Shown: one piece after another, positions 29,090 through 40,000 of the stretch
Position numbering within the stretch: position 1 is the first letter of the stretch
How the letters are laid out: each line of letters opens with the position of its first letter
Source of the DNA: an uncultured virus (IMG/VR IMGVR_UViG_3300006736_000006)
Lineage: Duplodnaviria > Heunggongvirae > Uroviricota > Caudoviricetes
Virus record (IMG/VR): IMGVR_UViG_3300006736_000006
Reading direction: 5' to 3' (one strand)
DNA: 64,000 nt
The notes under the pieces: model-generated
The model's input: the letters and a program-made list of their open reading frames with translations, nothing else
What the model was told of the DNA's origin: nothing
Databases searched by the model: none
Program-made: the position numbers and the translations under genes

Positions 29090-29116
29090 ATTCCCCGCAC
29101 AATTTGTGCGGGGAAT
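29090..29116 (-). terminator. Hairpin downstream of the SSB gene (possible terminator)
   Basis: ATTCCCCGCACA-3 nt-TGTGCGGGGAAT 12-bp inverted repeat. The U-tract on the minus strand is weak. Confidence 0.6.
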
Positions 29117-29124
29117 CATTTTAA

Positions 29125-29919
29125 TTAACTATCGTCAGACATCAAGTCAGCAAAGGCGTCATCTATGCTGCTATATCCTGATGCAGGTACAGTAGACTCA
29201 GAAGTACTAGTATCTGAATTTGACGAACTGTCGTCCTTGTCACTACTCTCTGTGAGAGCTTCATCATCATTCAGCCAGTCATTTATAATCTTTGTGAGCT
29301 CATCACTAGTCTTGCATTGATACATTTCATCTAGATCTGGAATCTCAGAGACCCAAGTCTTTACCTGATTATTGTCATCTGAAAGCTTTGTTTGCTTTCC
29401 TCTTGGCCTGACCTCTGTCATGGCCCATCGCTTTCCAGGCTGCTTAGAGCAGACGACCTTGATATCTCTCCCATCTACTAGATCTGTGATATCTCCATAG
29501 TCCTCATCAAGCATGAGCCCAAGAAGTGTCTGGTAGACCATCTTTCCAAAACCCCAGATTTGAACACCCTTATCTTCCTCTCCTCGTACAATAACTGGAG
29601 CATATGTCCTCATCTTCGGATATAGCTTCTTAGCCAGCTCATACGACTCTTTTGTACCTTCTTCACGAAGCTTAGTGATAAGATCTTGAATTGGGTCCGG
29701 ATCTCCAAACTGATAGGGAGCTAAAAGTCCCCTGTTAGTTCCAATATTATAATAGAACCACCTTTCCTTAAAGGGTTGTCCATCATTGTTGGGGAATGAA
29801 AGCAAACGAACTGTATGTTCTTCACCCTCAACAGGCCTCCATGTGGATGACCTATTTGTATTATTTCCGCTTAGCCTCTCAAGCTTTTTACGGATAGCAT
29901 CAAAATCAATATTTGCCAT
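29125..29919 (-). CDS. Single-stranded DNA-binding protein (T4 gp32-like)
   Basis: WRP..G..VR, DPI, WGFGK.VY, DITD..DGRD and an acidic tail ending in IDDAFADL. Adjacent to recA. Confidence 0.85.
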   Translation of the reverse strand: MANIDFDAIRKKLERLSGNNTNRSSTWRPVEGEEHTVRLLSFPNNDGQPFKERWFYYNIGTNRGLLAPYQFGDPDPIQDLITKLREEGTKESYELAKKLYPKMRTYAPVIVRGEEDKGVQIWGFGKMVYQTLLGLMLDEDYGDITDLVDGRDIKVVCSKQPGKRWAMTEVRPRGKQTKLSDDNNQVKTWVSEIPDLDEMYQCKTSDELTKIINDWLNDDEALTESSDKDDSSSNSDTSTSESTVPASGYSSIDDAFADLMSDDS

Positions 29920-30001
29920 GTTTAACTCCTTAATGTTTAATATGCAATGTTTGTCAGCAATTCAATAATATAGTTTTTAATAGTAATGTTCAAGTTTTAA
30001 T

Positions 30002-30214
30002 TTATTTCTTTTTCTTCTTTCTTATCTTCTTTAAGCTAGTCGGATCTGCAAGCTTTGCTCCTCCGAATGCGTCTCCTGCAGCCTTCCACGCTGGCCTTCT
30101 TTTTCTTCCAAATGTTGGTGTAGACATTCCAAGTGGCAGATTAGGACCGCCCCCAAGATTTGCAACTACGTTTTGCTCATCTATGTCGTCTTCATGATGA
30201 TCTTTATCATCTAC
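30002..30214 (-). CDS. 70-codon -1 frame extension of the upstream ORF (frameshift product or homopolymer error)
   Basis: VDDKDHHEDDIDEQNVVANLGGGPNLPLG...KKIRKKKKK* opens directly after the A11 run and fills the intergenic gap. Confidence 0.65.
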   Translation of the reverse strand, partial: VDDKDHHEDDIDEQNVVANLGGGPNLPLGMSTPTFGRKRRPAWKAAGDAFGGAKLADPTSLKKIRKKKKK

Positions 30215-31785
30215 TTTTTTTTTTTGCTCTCTAGAATTCTTTCAATTCCCTGACGAATAAGATTTCTTAAAGCCTTCTCTTCTAGAGATCTTGCCTGATA
30301 ATTAACAATTCCACCATCTGCTTTATATGCGACAGAAAAATCATCATAGTCATCTAACCTGTCAAAGACTGATTCAGCCTCTTGCTTCGTAACAATAGTG
30401 GGAACATTTCTTGACTTATACCCAACAGGCTTATCCTCATGATACGAGCTATAGTCAGGATAAATTGACTCTCTAATAAATCTTTTTAATTCTGATAGGG
30501 CAGGTGAGACGCCATTGCTTTGCATCGGGATCGTGTTTAGTGCTGTTATATCAGTTGGAAGACCACCTGCTTCTGCAGATAATAGGTTTAAAAAGCTGTC
30601 CTTATCCATGTCGAGCACACCTTTTTTAACGAGCTGAGTAGGTGCATCTTCTGGTTCTGCATGTAGTGCCCTATAGAACTCTCCCAACCTTCTAAATGAT
30701 CTTACTGGGCTAAAAATTACTCCTGCTAGACCGGGTCCGCCTTCCTCTGCTAACTGTTCTAAACTTTCAGCTGCTTCAGGGCTACTAGTTCTCATTATTT
30801 CGAATACATCCTCAACTACCCCTGCTCCGCTTGCTGCCATGTCAAAAAGAAATCTCTCTACAGGAACTATGTCTGCTACAAAGCCTCCTATACCAGTAAT
30901 AAGATTTGCTAAAGGAACAGTGACAAGTTCCTCAGGAACTGCAGCCTGTGGTCCGAGCATTCCAGCAGCTGTCGTTACGACTGAGTCCATAGACTGAATC
31001 AAGAGTATGAAAAATGACTTGAGTCTATCTAAAAATTGATCAAATACAGCCTTGAGCTGAACTGTGTCAGATCCCTGAATAGAAGCTATTACCTGCTGCC
31101 ACGCACCTTCATCCTGTTCAGATAGCGCCTCAAAAAATGCATTTTCTGGAATATCTAAGAGACTAATCAGCTCATCAGAGTCACTTTTCAACTTCATAAC
31201 AGAATACGTTCCAAGAAGGCCTCCGAGAATAACATCAATATATGGTATAGATAGACCAAGAGACTTAAGTCCCTTTTTGGCACCCTTTACCAGCATTGTG
31301 TCACTAATCCCTTCTTCCATTCTGTGATCTAATAGGCTATATCTACTTTTAAAAACCGGCGTATTTTCATCAAATTCCATTTTCTCTTTTAACCCCTTTT
31401 GCTTAGGACGCATTATCCTAAAGTTATTTGGAAGCTTTCTGCTTCTAATTGGTTCGATATCCCAGGAATAAATATCACCCACTTCCTCTTCTTGCTCAGG
31501 AAACATAGGCATATATTCTACTGCCTTATCATAATCATCATATCCAGTATTTACGCGTGCAAGGTATGATGAGAATGTTGAATCTGCTCCTTGAGTTGGT
31601 CTTCCAGTTCTAAAGTCAGGAAGCTTTCCGCGACCAATCTTTTGCTTATAGTCGTCGCCGCCACCAATGGCACCGGCGACAGGTATCCCGATCCCCCTGC
31701 CAGACCACACACCCTTTTCAGGAATGTTGTCCATAGATGTTGCGTATAGCTTTTTAAACTCTTTAGATGTGAGACGTGGCATCAT
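30211..31785 (-). CDS. Hypothetical, probably virion-associated protein
   Basis: 524 aa ORF preceded by the GATATTTA motif. Contains LSELKRFIRES and ALRNLIRQGIERILE repeats. Confidence 0.65.
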   Translation of the reverse strand: MMPRLTSKEFKKLYATSMDNIPEKGVWSGRGIGIPVAGAIGGGDDYKQKIGRGKLPDFRTGRPTQGADSTFSSYLARVNTGYDDYDKAVEYMPMFPEQEEEVGDIYSWDIEPIRSRKLPNNFRIMRPKQKGLKEKMEFDENTPVFKSRYSLLDHRMEEGISDTMLVKGAKKGLKSLGLSIPYIDVILGGLLGTYSVMKLKSDSDELISLLDIPENAFFEALSEQDEGAWQQVIASIQGSDTVQLKAVFDQFLDRLKSFFILLIQSMDSVVTTAAGMLGPQAAVPEELVTVPLANLITGIGGFVADIVPVERFLFDMAASGAGVVEDVFEIMRTSSPEAAESLEQLAEEGGPGLAGVIFSPVRSFRRLGEFYRALHAEPEDAPTQLVKKGVLDMDKDSFLNLLSAEAGGLPTDITALNTIPMQSNGVSPALSELKRFIRESIYPDYSSYHEDKPVGYKSRNVPTIVTKQEAESVFDRLDDYDDFSVAYKADGGIVNYQARSLEEKALRNLIRQGIERILESKKKK

Positions 31786-31815
31786 TCATAAATATCTCAC
31801 ATAGATAGATAATAT

Positions 31816-32388
31816 CTACTTTTCACTATGAATGACAAATGTTTTTGCTTGCTGGAGAATTATTGCCAAGGTTGGCTCGTGTCCCACATAAAATCTATTT
31901 TCCTCGAAATGAGATCCCTGAGATAGCTGAATAGCTAACCACTCATCAGATGTAAGGACTATTCCAAAGTTTTGTAAAATACATAGCGTCCTGTGAGAAA
32001 CTGACATTCTATTAAGATCCTCATTAAACTTATACAGCTTTCCTAGTTTTTCTCTGTGCCAACTAGAGTCTTCTTCTATAAAATTATCTGTGGTTAGATC
32101 TCCTATTTTTCCAATGTCATGCAATAGACCTGTCTTTAATATAGACGACACAGAAAGGTCCAAGTTATATGCATCATTTAGCTTTCTCATAGTCGCAGTT
32201 ACCTTTAGAGCATGATCAACAAGACCTCCGGGATAGCATCCGTATTGATCAACTCTTATTGATGCAGGGCAGGCTAGAATCCTCTCTCCAAGTTCATCGA
32301 TACAATTATCTAAATTGTCGTCAGAAAGTCTCTTGCAAAGAGATTCAAATTTTCCCCAATTATCTTTTATTTTTTCAAAATTATTCAT
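31816..32388 (-). CDS. HD-domain phosphohydrolase
   Basis: PAS...PGGLVDHAL and LLHDIGKIG. Confidence 0.85.
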   Translation of the reverse strand: MNNFEKIKDNWGKFESLCKRLSDDNLDNCIDELGERILACPASIRVDQYGCYPGGLVDHALKVTATMRKLNDAYNLDLSVSSILKTGLLHDIGKIGDLTTDNFIEEDSSWHREKLGKLYKFNEDLNRMSVSHRTLCILQNFGIVLTSDEWLAIQLSQGSHFEENRFYVGHEPTLAIILQQAKTFVIHSEK

Positions 32389-32406
32389 AAGTCTCTCTCT
32401 ATTATT

Positions 32407-33609
32407 TTAACAAATATTTTCTATTGTTACAGGAAAATTTTTATTTAATTTTGGCACAGGAATACCATCCTTGATAATATCTGCTATTTTATCTACACCT
32501 GACTCAACATCTAAAATTATAGCATCATGTATAACAAATACCGGAATAGCACTTATACCTTCTTCATCAATTCTATTAATTAGCCACTTGAATGACTGGA
32601 GTGAGACATCCACACCTGTCGACTGTAAATAGTGGTTCACAAATGCGTCTCCTGATTTTATCCTTCTTCCATAAAAATTTTCAATAAATCCACTTCTCTT
32701 ATACTGATCTTTAAGTCTAGATTCTAAAAATGGAATGTCGAAATATGCTTTAACATCTGACAGCACATTTTGTGCGTCGATTGTATCAGGTAGTCTTTTA
32801 GATAGTGCCCATGCTGACATACCGTATAGACAGCTAATTGTAGCTATCTTTGCTTGATTTCTTGTTACCTCTCCCATAAGAACGTTGTCTCTAACCCAGC
32901 TATATATGTCATATGGTATCTCACTTTCAGACACAGAGAGAGCTATTCTGGGTTCAAGAGAAACTATATCTATTTGAATTAGTCTTCCCCCGGGATATCT
33001 TGACTTAAAGATACTACGATTGCTTCTCTTTAGCGTAAGAATATTTGGCCCACTTTTTATTGTTAGCCTTCCCGTTATTGATCCAGATTGACAATAGTTT
33101 ACCGTAGGAGAAAATCCGTCATCAGAATAAAATTTTTGAAGTTCAGACTTATTTGAAATTAACTTATCCTTCATTAAATTTTGAATAATATCCTTATCTA
33201 TAGCAGATCGTTTGAGTCTCAATAGAAGCTCTCTGTTGCTTACAAACTCATTCATATAGTAACCATCGATCTCATCTCTAGTGATCATCCAGAGCTGATC
33301 TAGAGCATCTAGCAGATATCTTTTAAACTGATCTGACGGTATCACATCCACCCATGGTATTCCGATCATATCTTCTTTGTTGTTTTTTAATATTTCTCTC
33401 CACACTGATCCATGAGGAGTTTTTAAAAAATCAAATACATCGGCACCAATCGCCTCAGATATAGATCTAAGATCTCTTATAGCCGGAATATCATCAAGAA
33501 TCCATGCATCATCTGGAATATTTGAGACCCACTGAAACCTCTCGCGCTCATCGCTATTAACAAGATGTTTTTGTGTGCCAAGTATTCTAGATGAAATTGC
33601 TATCTTCAC
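32407..33609 (-). CDS. Compact family A DNA polymerase-like protein
   Basis: TGRL...PNI, motif A DIVSLEPRI, motif B RNQAK..ISCLYG, N..LQS and motif C IHDAI. No recognisable exonuclease domain. Confidence 0.82.
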   Translation of the reverse strand: MKIAISSRILGTQKHLVNSDERERFQWVSNIPDDAWILDDIPAIRDLRSISEAIGADVFDFLKTPHGSVWREILKNNKEDMIGIPWVDVIPSDQFKRYLLDALDQLWMITRDEIDGYYMNEFVSNRELLLRLKRSAIDKDIIQNLMKDKLISNKSELQKFYSDDGFSPTVNYCQSGSITGRLTIKSGPNILTLKRSNRSIFKSRYPGGRLIQIDIVSLEPRIALSVSESEIPYDIYSWVRDNVLMGEVTRNQAKIATISCLYGMSAWALSKRLPDTIDAQNVLSDVKAYFDIPFLESRLKDQYKRSGFIENFYGRRIKSGDAFVNHYLQSTGVDVSLQSFKWLINRIDEEGISAIPVFVIHDAIILDVESGVDKIADIIKDGIPVPKLNKNFPVTIENIC

Positions 33610-33616
33610 ATGTTAT

Positions 33617-33644
33617 TTTATACCACACTCTGCTAGATTTTCAA
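33617..33644 (-). promoter_or_regulatory. Putative sigma70-like promoter
   Basis: TTGAAA-N16-TATAAA, with TG just upstream of the -10 element. Confidence 0.5.
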
Positions 33645-36600
33645 CTAAGATGCATCAGATTCATTCTTTATTTCACCTAGCTTTGAAAGGCTGGCTGCAA
33701 GTATTGATCTAAAGCTATTCATAGTTCCATTTGAACAGAAAGCCATACCAATATTTGTTGTAAATCTTCCTGCACTAATTGTGTGAGTTATCTTATTTAC
33801 AGTGTACATATTATCTGCTGTTGTTCCAGTTCCTACATCGACAAAAAATTGCTGACCGTATTCTAGTAACGGGCATCCAAACATTTCAATATTAACTGAA
33901 GCAGGTATGACCTGTACATCCTCAAAAGGCTGCTGTGCTCCCTCTGCGACCTGTGGATCATTACTGTGACCTCTAGCGTTTAATATAAAGACATCAGAAG
34001 CCGGACCCGATGTAGTCGAGCTAAGAGAAAGATTTGTAATTGCAGAAAACTGGCTTCCAAATGTGAAACTTGGAACAGATGACTTTATCATTTTCTTTAT
34101 GTCTGTGCTTGATAAATTTGTAGTTATCACATCCCATTCTGCTGTGCTTGTTGTTGCAGCAGGGGATGCGACATCTGTGTTTGTTGACTCTCCGCCCTCT
34201 GCACCTGTGGGTGCTGGAGCTGCAGGGACGTCTGACTCTGATGTTGAGGATGATGCTGCCTCAGAGTTTGCTGAACTTGATGCATTTTTAAGTGATATGG
34301 CTATATCTCCATCAGACATAGCTGATAACAAAAATAGCTCATGTGTGTGAGGAGTCGCTGCTGCATCAAATACGTGCACCCTAAGAATGACCTTTGATGG
34401 ATCCGCATATACAGAAGGATATGTCGGATTTGTCTCCTCCACGGTCATTGCAGGAAGAGTTTCAAAATAAACTCTCACGTCTGGAAGATCGAACCTGGGC
34501 TGCCCACCACCTGATGCTCCATATGTTGTTCTAAGAAACTCATCTATCTCATCTTGAATAGCTTTTACAGCATTTTGCTTCTCCTTCTTGTCATCAGTTG
34601 TCTCAGCATCTGCGCCCTGAGCAGCAGTTAGCTGTCTATATTTTCCTGCTAGGTCGAATCCAAAATTATAATCAGACGGATTATTTGTGAAATTTTTATT
34701 TATAAAACCAATAAATCCTTGAACTGACATCGCTGGATTAGATTTTATATATTTGTCTAGTAGTAAAAATAATTCATCATGATACACCTCAAAGCTAGCT
34801 ATGGTGGGTAGCGTTCTTGCCTCTGCTGAATTATTATTAAATCTATAAAACATCATCTGAACTTCATCAAACTTTCCTGAGCAAGCTAATGGGTAACCCA
34901 CGAAGCTCAAGAATATATTTCCTAGAGATGTAAAGTTATCAGTCACGACGCCGGCTTTTATTGCCTTTTGTATGCAAAGCGGGTGATTCTCCATTTTAAA
35001 TGGATCTGGTGTGGCAGGATTGCGAAGTCCAGTTAGTTTTGCCCTAACCTCATGTGCAAGCGACTCGTGACTTTCACTCTCCAGACCAGATATACCATCT
35101 TCTCCAACTAGTAGCTTTATCTCTTCTTCTAGCTCTGCAACTCCAGGCTCTGTATCTGTGTGCTTAAGAAGCGCAATAAATCTATCATATACTGATCTTG
35201 GAACAACAGTTGAGTTTCTTGCAACTGTGCTCATAGATACTGGCACCTTTTGAAGAATATCTCTTGACTGATGATCTTTTGCTCTACTTTTCTCTGCTGC
35301 AAGTCTCTTGGCCAGGTATGGAATTATCATACCCTTTAAAGGTGCTAGAGGCATAACATTTCCTATACCAATGGGAATAGTTCTTATATCTTGTGATCCT
35401 CTCGATGCTAGCTTAATAGTAATCTTTACCTGTCCGTCATTTTGAACATTAAAGTTTGTTGCAACTATATTGAATGCAGCTGTGCTTCTCATTGAATTTA
35501 AAAGAGCACCAAATACATTACTATCAGCATCGCTTCCTTGTGGGTGAATCCACCCATATTCAACTATGATAAATGTAGATGAAAATAAATCCATCGATAT
35601 CAATGGTGCTATGTCTGCCATCCTGGATCTGTCATGTAACGTAAATGATAGTGTTCCTGTTTTATTTGCTAGTAGGTGCTGACCAACACCAGCTACATCG
35701 ACCTTTAGTTGATCTAGCGTGGCAAGAGGCACCATTGGGTCCCTAACACGACCTGCTAGCCCACCAAAATCTTCACCTGGTTTATTCATATTGGCATTCA
35801 CCATCATCTGGGGAGATGTAAAAAGCTCCATTCCAGCAGAAGAAACAGAGGTGCCATATGTTGTTCCTGTCTCAGATGTTGCTGTAGTTAGAGCTGATGG
35901 ATCTGAAAGTAGATATCCTTGTATATTTGTGGGAAGAGCATCACTCAATCCTATATTGTCCATGCCTTCCTGATCCATTCCTAAAAACCTTAAGATAGAT
36001 AATTGCTTGGTTCTTTCACCTACAATTGGAGGAACCTCAGATACAAATTTTATATCAATGTGAGGAACACATCTTGACATCTCAAGTGTGGGTATAGAAT
36101 TGCAAAACAAGGCGACGGCATCTGTATTTCTTGTTGGAGGCCCTACCCTAAGATTTGGAAATACAAATGCTGATAATGATGGAGATCCATCTGCTCCTGT
36201 TCTGTCTGGATTTGCAGCTACATTAACCTTAGAATCTAGCAGTGACTGAGTGGGCCTCCACATTCCGTCGCCGTCAGTGCTATATGACCCAGGTCTTGTT
36301 ATTTCATTTATGTCATATGAAGAAAGCAGACCGGCAGACTGTAATTCTCCTGGAGCTGTGTGAGTCCATCCTGAATCCTCATTATATACAGCTGAAGATT
36401 CTCCACTAACGTGGCCCGGTGTATATACCACCCTTACATACTTATCAATTCCGTCATACTGATTTCCTCCTGCATCAACAGAGGTATTAACATCGAACTT
36501 AGACCTTAAGTACTTTGTATTCAGGATGTCTTTTGTAAAAAAAGCTCCCTCTGTGTTATCCATCAATATATACATAAGGTCCTTTATAACCTGCACATCT

Positions 36601-36782
36601 AAATCACCCGTGGGTGATGAATCTCCCCCACCAAGATCTGCAGATGATAAGGACATTAAAGCATCCTCACTTCCCTGTGTTCCCTCTATCATCATAGATA
36701 TCACATCTGATCTACCAAGCATGCTAAAATACTGGCCCAGATTTTTTACAGCAGCTGATAGATTATTTACAGAATTTGACAT
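33645..36782 (-). CDS. Putative baseplate hub protein
   Basis: Follows the LysM-like wedge gene. VEYGW and C-terminal GCP..GQ.F.....Y.V..ITH.I..G.F.T resemble gp27/late-control-D hub proteins. Confidence 0.6.
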   Translation of the reverse strand: MSNSVNNLSAAVKNLGQYFSMLGRSDVISMMIEGTQGSEDALMSLSSADLGGGDSSPTGDLDVQVIKDLMYILMDNTEGAFFTKDILNTKYLRSKFDVNTSVDAGGNQYDGIDKYVRVVYTPGHVSGESSAVYNEDSGWTHTAPGELQSAGLLSSYDINEITRPGSYSTDGDGMWRPTQSLLDSKVNVAANPDRTGADGSPSLSAFVFPNLRVGPPTRNTDAVALFCNSIPTLEMSRCVPHIDIKFVSEVPPIVGERTKQLSILRFLGMDQEGMDNIGLSDALPTNIQGYLLSDPSALTTATSETGTTYGTSVSSAGMELFTSPQMMVNANMNKPGEDFGGLAGRVRDPMVPLATLDQLKVDVAGVGQHLLANKTGTLSFTLHDRSRMADIAPLISMDLFSSTFIIVEYGWIHPQGSDADSNVFGALLNSMRSTAAFNIVATNFNVQNDGQVKITIKLASRGSQDIRTIPIGIGNVMPLAPLKGMIIPYLAKRLAAEKSRAKDHQSRDILQKVPVSMSTVARNSTVVPRSVYDRFIALLKHTDTEPGVAELEEEIKLLVGEDGISGLESESHESLAHEVRAKLTGLRNPATPDPFKMENHPLCIQKAIKAGVVTDNFTSLGNIFLSFVGYPLACSGKFDEVQMMFYRFNNNSAEARTLPTIASFEVYHDELFLLLDKYIKSNPAMSVQGFIGFINKNFTNNPSDYNFGFDLAGKYRQLTAAQGADAETTDDKKEKQNAVKAIQDEIDEFLRTTYGASGGGQPRFDLPDVRVYFETLPAMTVEETNPTYPSVYADPSKVILRVHVFDAAATPHTHELFLLSAMSDGDIAISLKNASSSANSEAASSSTSESDVPAAPAPTGAEGGESTNTDVASPAATTSTAEWDVITTNLSSTDIKKMIKSSVPSFTFGSQFSAITNLSLSSTTSGPASDVFILNARGHSNDPQVAEGAQQPFEDVQVIPASVNIEMFGCPLLEYGQQFFVDVGTGTTADNMYTVNKITHTISAGRFTTNIGMAFCSNGTMNSFRSILAASLSKLGEIKNESDAS

Positions 36783-36784
36783 TT

Positions 36785-37081
36785 TTATCTCACAAGACTA
36801 AAGATTGCACCCATATCACTTGGAATCCTAATTATTGTTCCTGGAGGTACCTGTAGCCCCCATCCTATTCCACTAGCTGCCGCCAGAACCCACCAGAGAG
36901 AGGATGCCCCATATGCACCTCCAGCAATATGATCTAATCTCTGTGACTCCTTTAAGATCATAGTTGTATACGGAATGGATCCATTATTAATTGCATAGTA
37001 TATTCTAGAAGAGACTGATGGCGTTGCCAATGTTGACCTACCCAATATTCTAGGAGTATACTCGTATCTACTAGTTGCCAT
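36785..37081 (-). CDS. Baseplate wedge protein, LysM/tail-X-like
   Basis: RLDHIA...YG..LWWVLA.ASG...PG..IRIP. Confidence 0.78.
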   Translation of the reverse strand: MATSRYEYTPRILGRSTLATPSVSSRIYYAINNGSIPYTTMILKESQRLDHIAGGAYGASSLWWVLAAASGIGWGLQVPPGTIIRIPSDMGAIFSLVR

Positions 37082-37090
37082 TACCTATCC

Positions 37091-40000
37091 TCATTCATCA
37101 TTAACCCATGTCTTAGGATCAGCATACTCATATGGAGATTCAGGATTATTAGATGCTGCGCCTGTGCCTCCGTGTCTCGTGTATGAGTCCTCTGATGCAG
37201 CACCATCGTCTGGGTAGGGATCGCCGGCAACATACCTCATTATCTCACCAACATTGTAGACTGGTGCCCTGTTGTACCCAGAGTGATCGAGGCCTGGGGG
37301 AAGATCGTGTATTGGTGTGAATGCTATGTCAACCTTGACACCCATAGGAGCTCTTGAATTCCAGTCAATTTCCCAGTTAAAAGACTCATCAAGCCAGTCA
37401 AATTCTAGCCTTGTTAGGACACCAGCAAGTCCCCTTCCCGCTGTGCTTGCAAATGCCTTTGTAATCGGATTGTTATTCTCATCCATGAATCTGGCAGAAT
37501 CTGACATCCATATGTTTAGTTGGTCTGTAGGAATACCAGATGCAGTTGCTCCTTCGTCTACTAGGGCTTGTGCGGTTCCCTTCCCTAAAGCCTCACCTGA
37601 TATTGTTGGCATGACTGTTGAATTAAACAAAAGATTAGGATCAGGAAGAAGATCACTGTGATCAACCATAAATAGCTTTGCCATTAAATGAATGGGAGCT
37701 CCAAGATCTATCACAGTTACAGCATACGACGTCTTCTGTGTTGGGTTTCCCCTTCTCTTTGGTCCTTTGAATGTTGGAGATGAATGTGCTGCGCTCTTTC
37801 CTTCTAGTGCCACAGATGATCTAAATATCACCATGGCTTTTAGTGGTCTAGTAACCCTATACTCTGAGCTATTATCTGGATGCTGTACAACATTTCCACC
37901 ATCAAGTGAGGCAACCTTATATAATTTTCCAGTTGTCGCCTTAAGATAGACTATCTCTGAGGGTTTATATCCCGTGAGCCAGTCCAGTGGTAGTCCTGTT
38001 CCAGCTGTACCTGCTGATAATACAGACGTTCCAGTTGCCAATGCACCTGCAACCGTGGGAGATAGCGGAATGATGTTTGTAGACCTATCTGGATCCTGCA
38101 TCCTAGAGACTATTGCACTTATACCTAGCGGATTTGCAAATCCATTAACAAGAAGCTGAGATAGTAATGCCCTAGCAATTCTTGTATTATTGGGTCCGTC
38201 TCCTAGCAATGTCAGCGGCGACGAAAATAATGCACTAAAAGCCTTTGTTCCAAATGGCTCAGCTCGGAGCTTTGACTTAACAGCTATTGCAACTGGAACA
38301 GGGGGTGTCGCGCTTACAGCGGCATCCTCTCCCTGAACTACAGGCATCACATCTTCATCTCCTATACCAAACATCCGCGCTAGGTTAAACTTAGAATAAT
38401 TTCCCTTTATAACATCTCCAACTCTCATGCGTATTACTGGAGACGCTCCAAGAATCTGACTAAACGGCTGGGTGAATACAGATTCCGTAGCATCTGATCC
38501 AACAGTTACCTTAGTTCCCTTTGTCCAGGATGGATACACTAGTGTTGTAAGCTTGTTGATCTTCCACCACATCTCATTAAAGTCATCTTTTGATGTCGCA
38601 ACTACATAAAAAGACAGTGCAATACTTCGAGTTGTATTCTTATATACCTGAACCTCATCCAACCGACCGTATCCTGATGTTCTAACATATGATGGAGTGA
38701 AGCTGTCTGTTAGTCTTGTCAGAAATGCGTGGAATGAGACTATCTCATTTGTTCTAAGATCATGAAAATAGAATGGAACATACTCTGCATCTAGTGTATT
38801 TTCCATCCTCTCTACTATTTCTCCTGGAATTCTAGCATTAGGCCCTTCAGCAGAAGCATCTATGTATGTTTTCTTTATCAAGTTAGATCCCATCATCCCC
38901 TTTAGCGGATTAGTCCCATTAACTAATGTTCCCATATCCTCTGCTGCCCTCATCACATTTCTTGGAATCATGTATAGCGCAGGTGTAGAGCTAGTCCTCC
39001 ATGCTAATGACAAAGATGTAAGACCGTCCTGTGTTCTACTCTTGGATACTCTAGTTCCTGGGCCGTCTGCAAGAGAATCTATATTCCACGGACCGACTGA
39101 ATGATTTGAGTTTATTCCGGGCATTCCGCCATTCATCTTTAGTGATACATCTCCTATTGTTGCTGCAACATTAAGAATATTAAGAATGCCTGACATAGAG
39201 ATTGAATTAAGTATGTTTGATAGTGAACTTGATGATGATGACGTGACACTTCCATTCATTATGTCACTATTTACTGTGGCAAAATATTCAAAGCTTCTTA
39301 AGACACTTCTTGCAACTGCTAGCCAAAATCCTGGTGCCTCCTGCACCTGCTGGTATTTTCCTATCTCGTCTGCCTGAGATGGATCTCCTCCAACAGACCC
39401 GTCGAATAAGACCAAAAATCCCTGATTTACAGCATCTGAATAAGGATACGTTGTGGGTGTTAAAACAGTATTTCTAATTAGCTCAAACTTTGCCTTAGTT
39501 GCTATTATTGTTGACTGACCTGCAAAGTATGGACCGTTTCCTAATCTAGCTCTCTTATTAACCATGTTGCTTATCTGACCAAATGTCTCCTGTGCAACAA
39601 CAAGCATCGCAGCTATAGCAGCTGCTGCCTGTGCTATTAAGATATCTTGATTAAACTCAGATGAAAACTGTGTGTCAGACGTGTTGGTTGTACCAAAAGA
39701 GTATGTATATTTTGTGCTTGATAGATCGTCCTGAGTTAAGAAGCTTCCCTTTCCAGCTCTTGTAGACATTCCAGTCTTTGGAAATTGAGGAGTGTTATAC
39801 GCTGATCTAGCTCTAAATAGCTCTGGGTCTATTTGGCGCATGGGTGTGTTAGGGTTATCTAGATTGTCATCCTTATCAAAATCAAAGGTATCTGGGTTAG
39901 AGCTGTCGCCAGGTGTAACTGAACTGTCCCAGCCTGCCATCTTTAGTAAGAGAGATGAGCCCACATCCTTAAGATTATCATTGATCATCTTAATTGAATT

